Assembly (NCBI GenBank): GCA_002633005.1
Contig: NMRA01000608.1
Coordinates: 29,067-93,066 of the forward strand
Direction of reading: 5' to 3'
Length of the DNA stretch: 64,000 nt
Source of the DNA: Phoronis australis
Taxonomy: Eukaryota > Animalia > Phoronida
Shown here: positions 63,787-64,000 of the stretch, in pieces
Position numbering within the stretch: the stretch's first letter is position 1
Layout: the number at the start of each line of letters is the position of its first letter
Notes under the pieces: model-generated
Database searches by the model: none
Told to the model about the DNA's origin: nothing
What the model saw: only the letters and a program-made list of their open reading frames with translations
Position numbers and translations under genes: made by a program

Positions 63787-64000
63787 GAGCTACTGTAAAC
63801 GTTACGTTTGATCACGAAGAAAAGGACACGATTGCATAAAAGTTACACGCTGCATAACAATAATGACGTCATACTGATACGCTTGACGTTGTCAAACAAT
63901 GTCCGTCGGTGACGTCAACAATCAAAGTAAGTGGGCAACTTCTGTATGCAAGCTAGCACAGTGCAGTTTTGCAACTCCGGGCTAATAGATCACTTCTTAG

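Overview
Eukaryotic (animal, probably invertebrate) draft-assembly DNA: AT-rich, GT-AG introns, N gaps, dense with decayed transposons. Almost all ORFs in the supplied track are spurious or TE remnants. I reconstructed by hand two paralogous five-exon genes on the + strand that the track only catches in pieces: gene A join(10194..10239,18665..18800,19622..19746,20427..20568,26590..26806), 221 aa, and gene B join(44308..44359,59901..60024,60247..60374,62752..62887,63558..63786), 222 aa. Each encodes a signal peptide, two tandem six-cysteine modules and a GPI-type hydrophobic tail. The Cys spacing recalls neuritin/CPG15 and DUF19-like proteins, but this is inference without a search. The rest is CR1-like, Tx1/L1-like and RTEX-like LINEs, a Gypsy relic with a nested solo LTR, TTAA (Kolobok-like) and AT-TSD (ISL2EU-like) elements, some with THAP domains, a DINE/HINE-like element, several 5-bp-TSD MITEs and a probable haplotype-duplication assembly artefact. 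No rRNA, intact tRNA or CRISPR array was seen.
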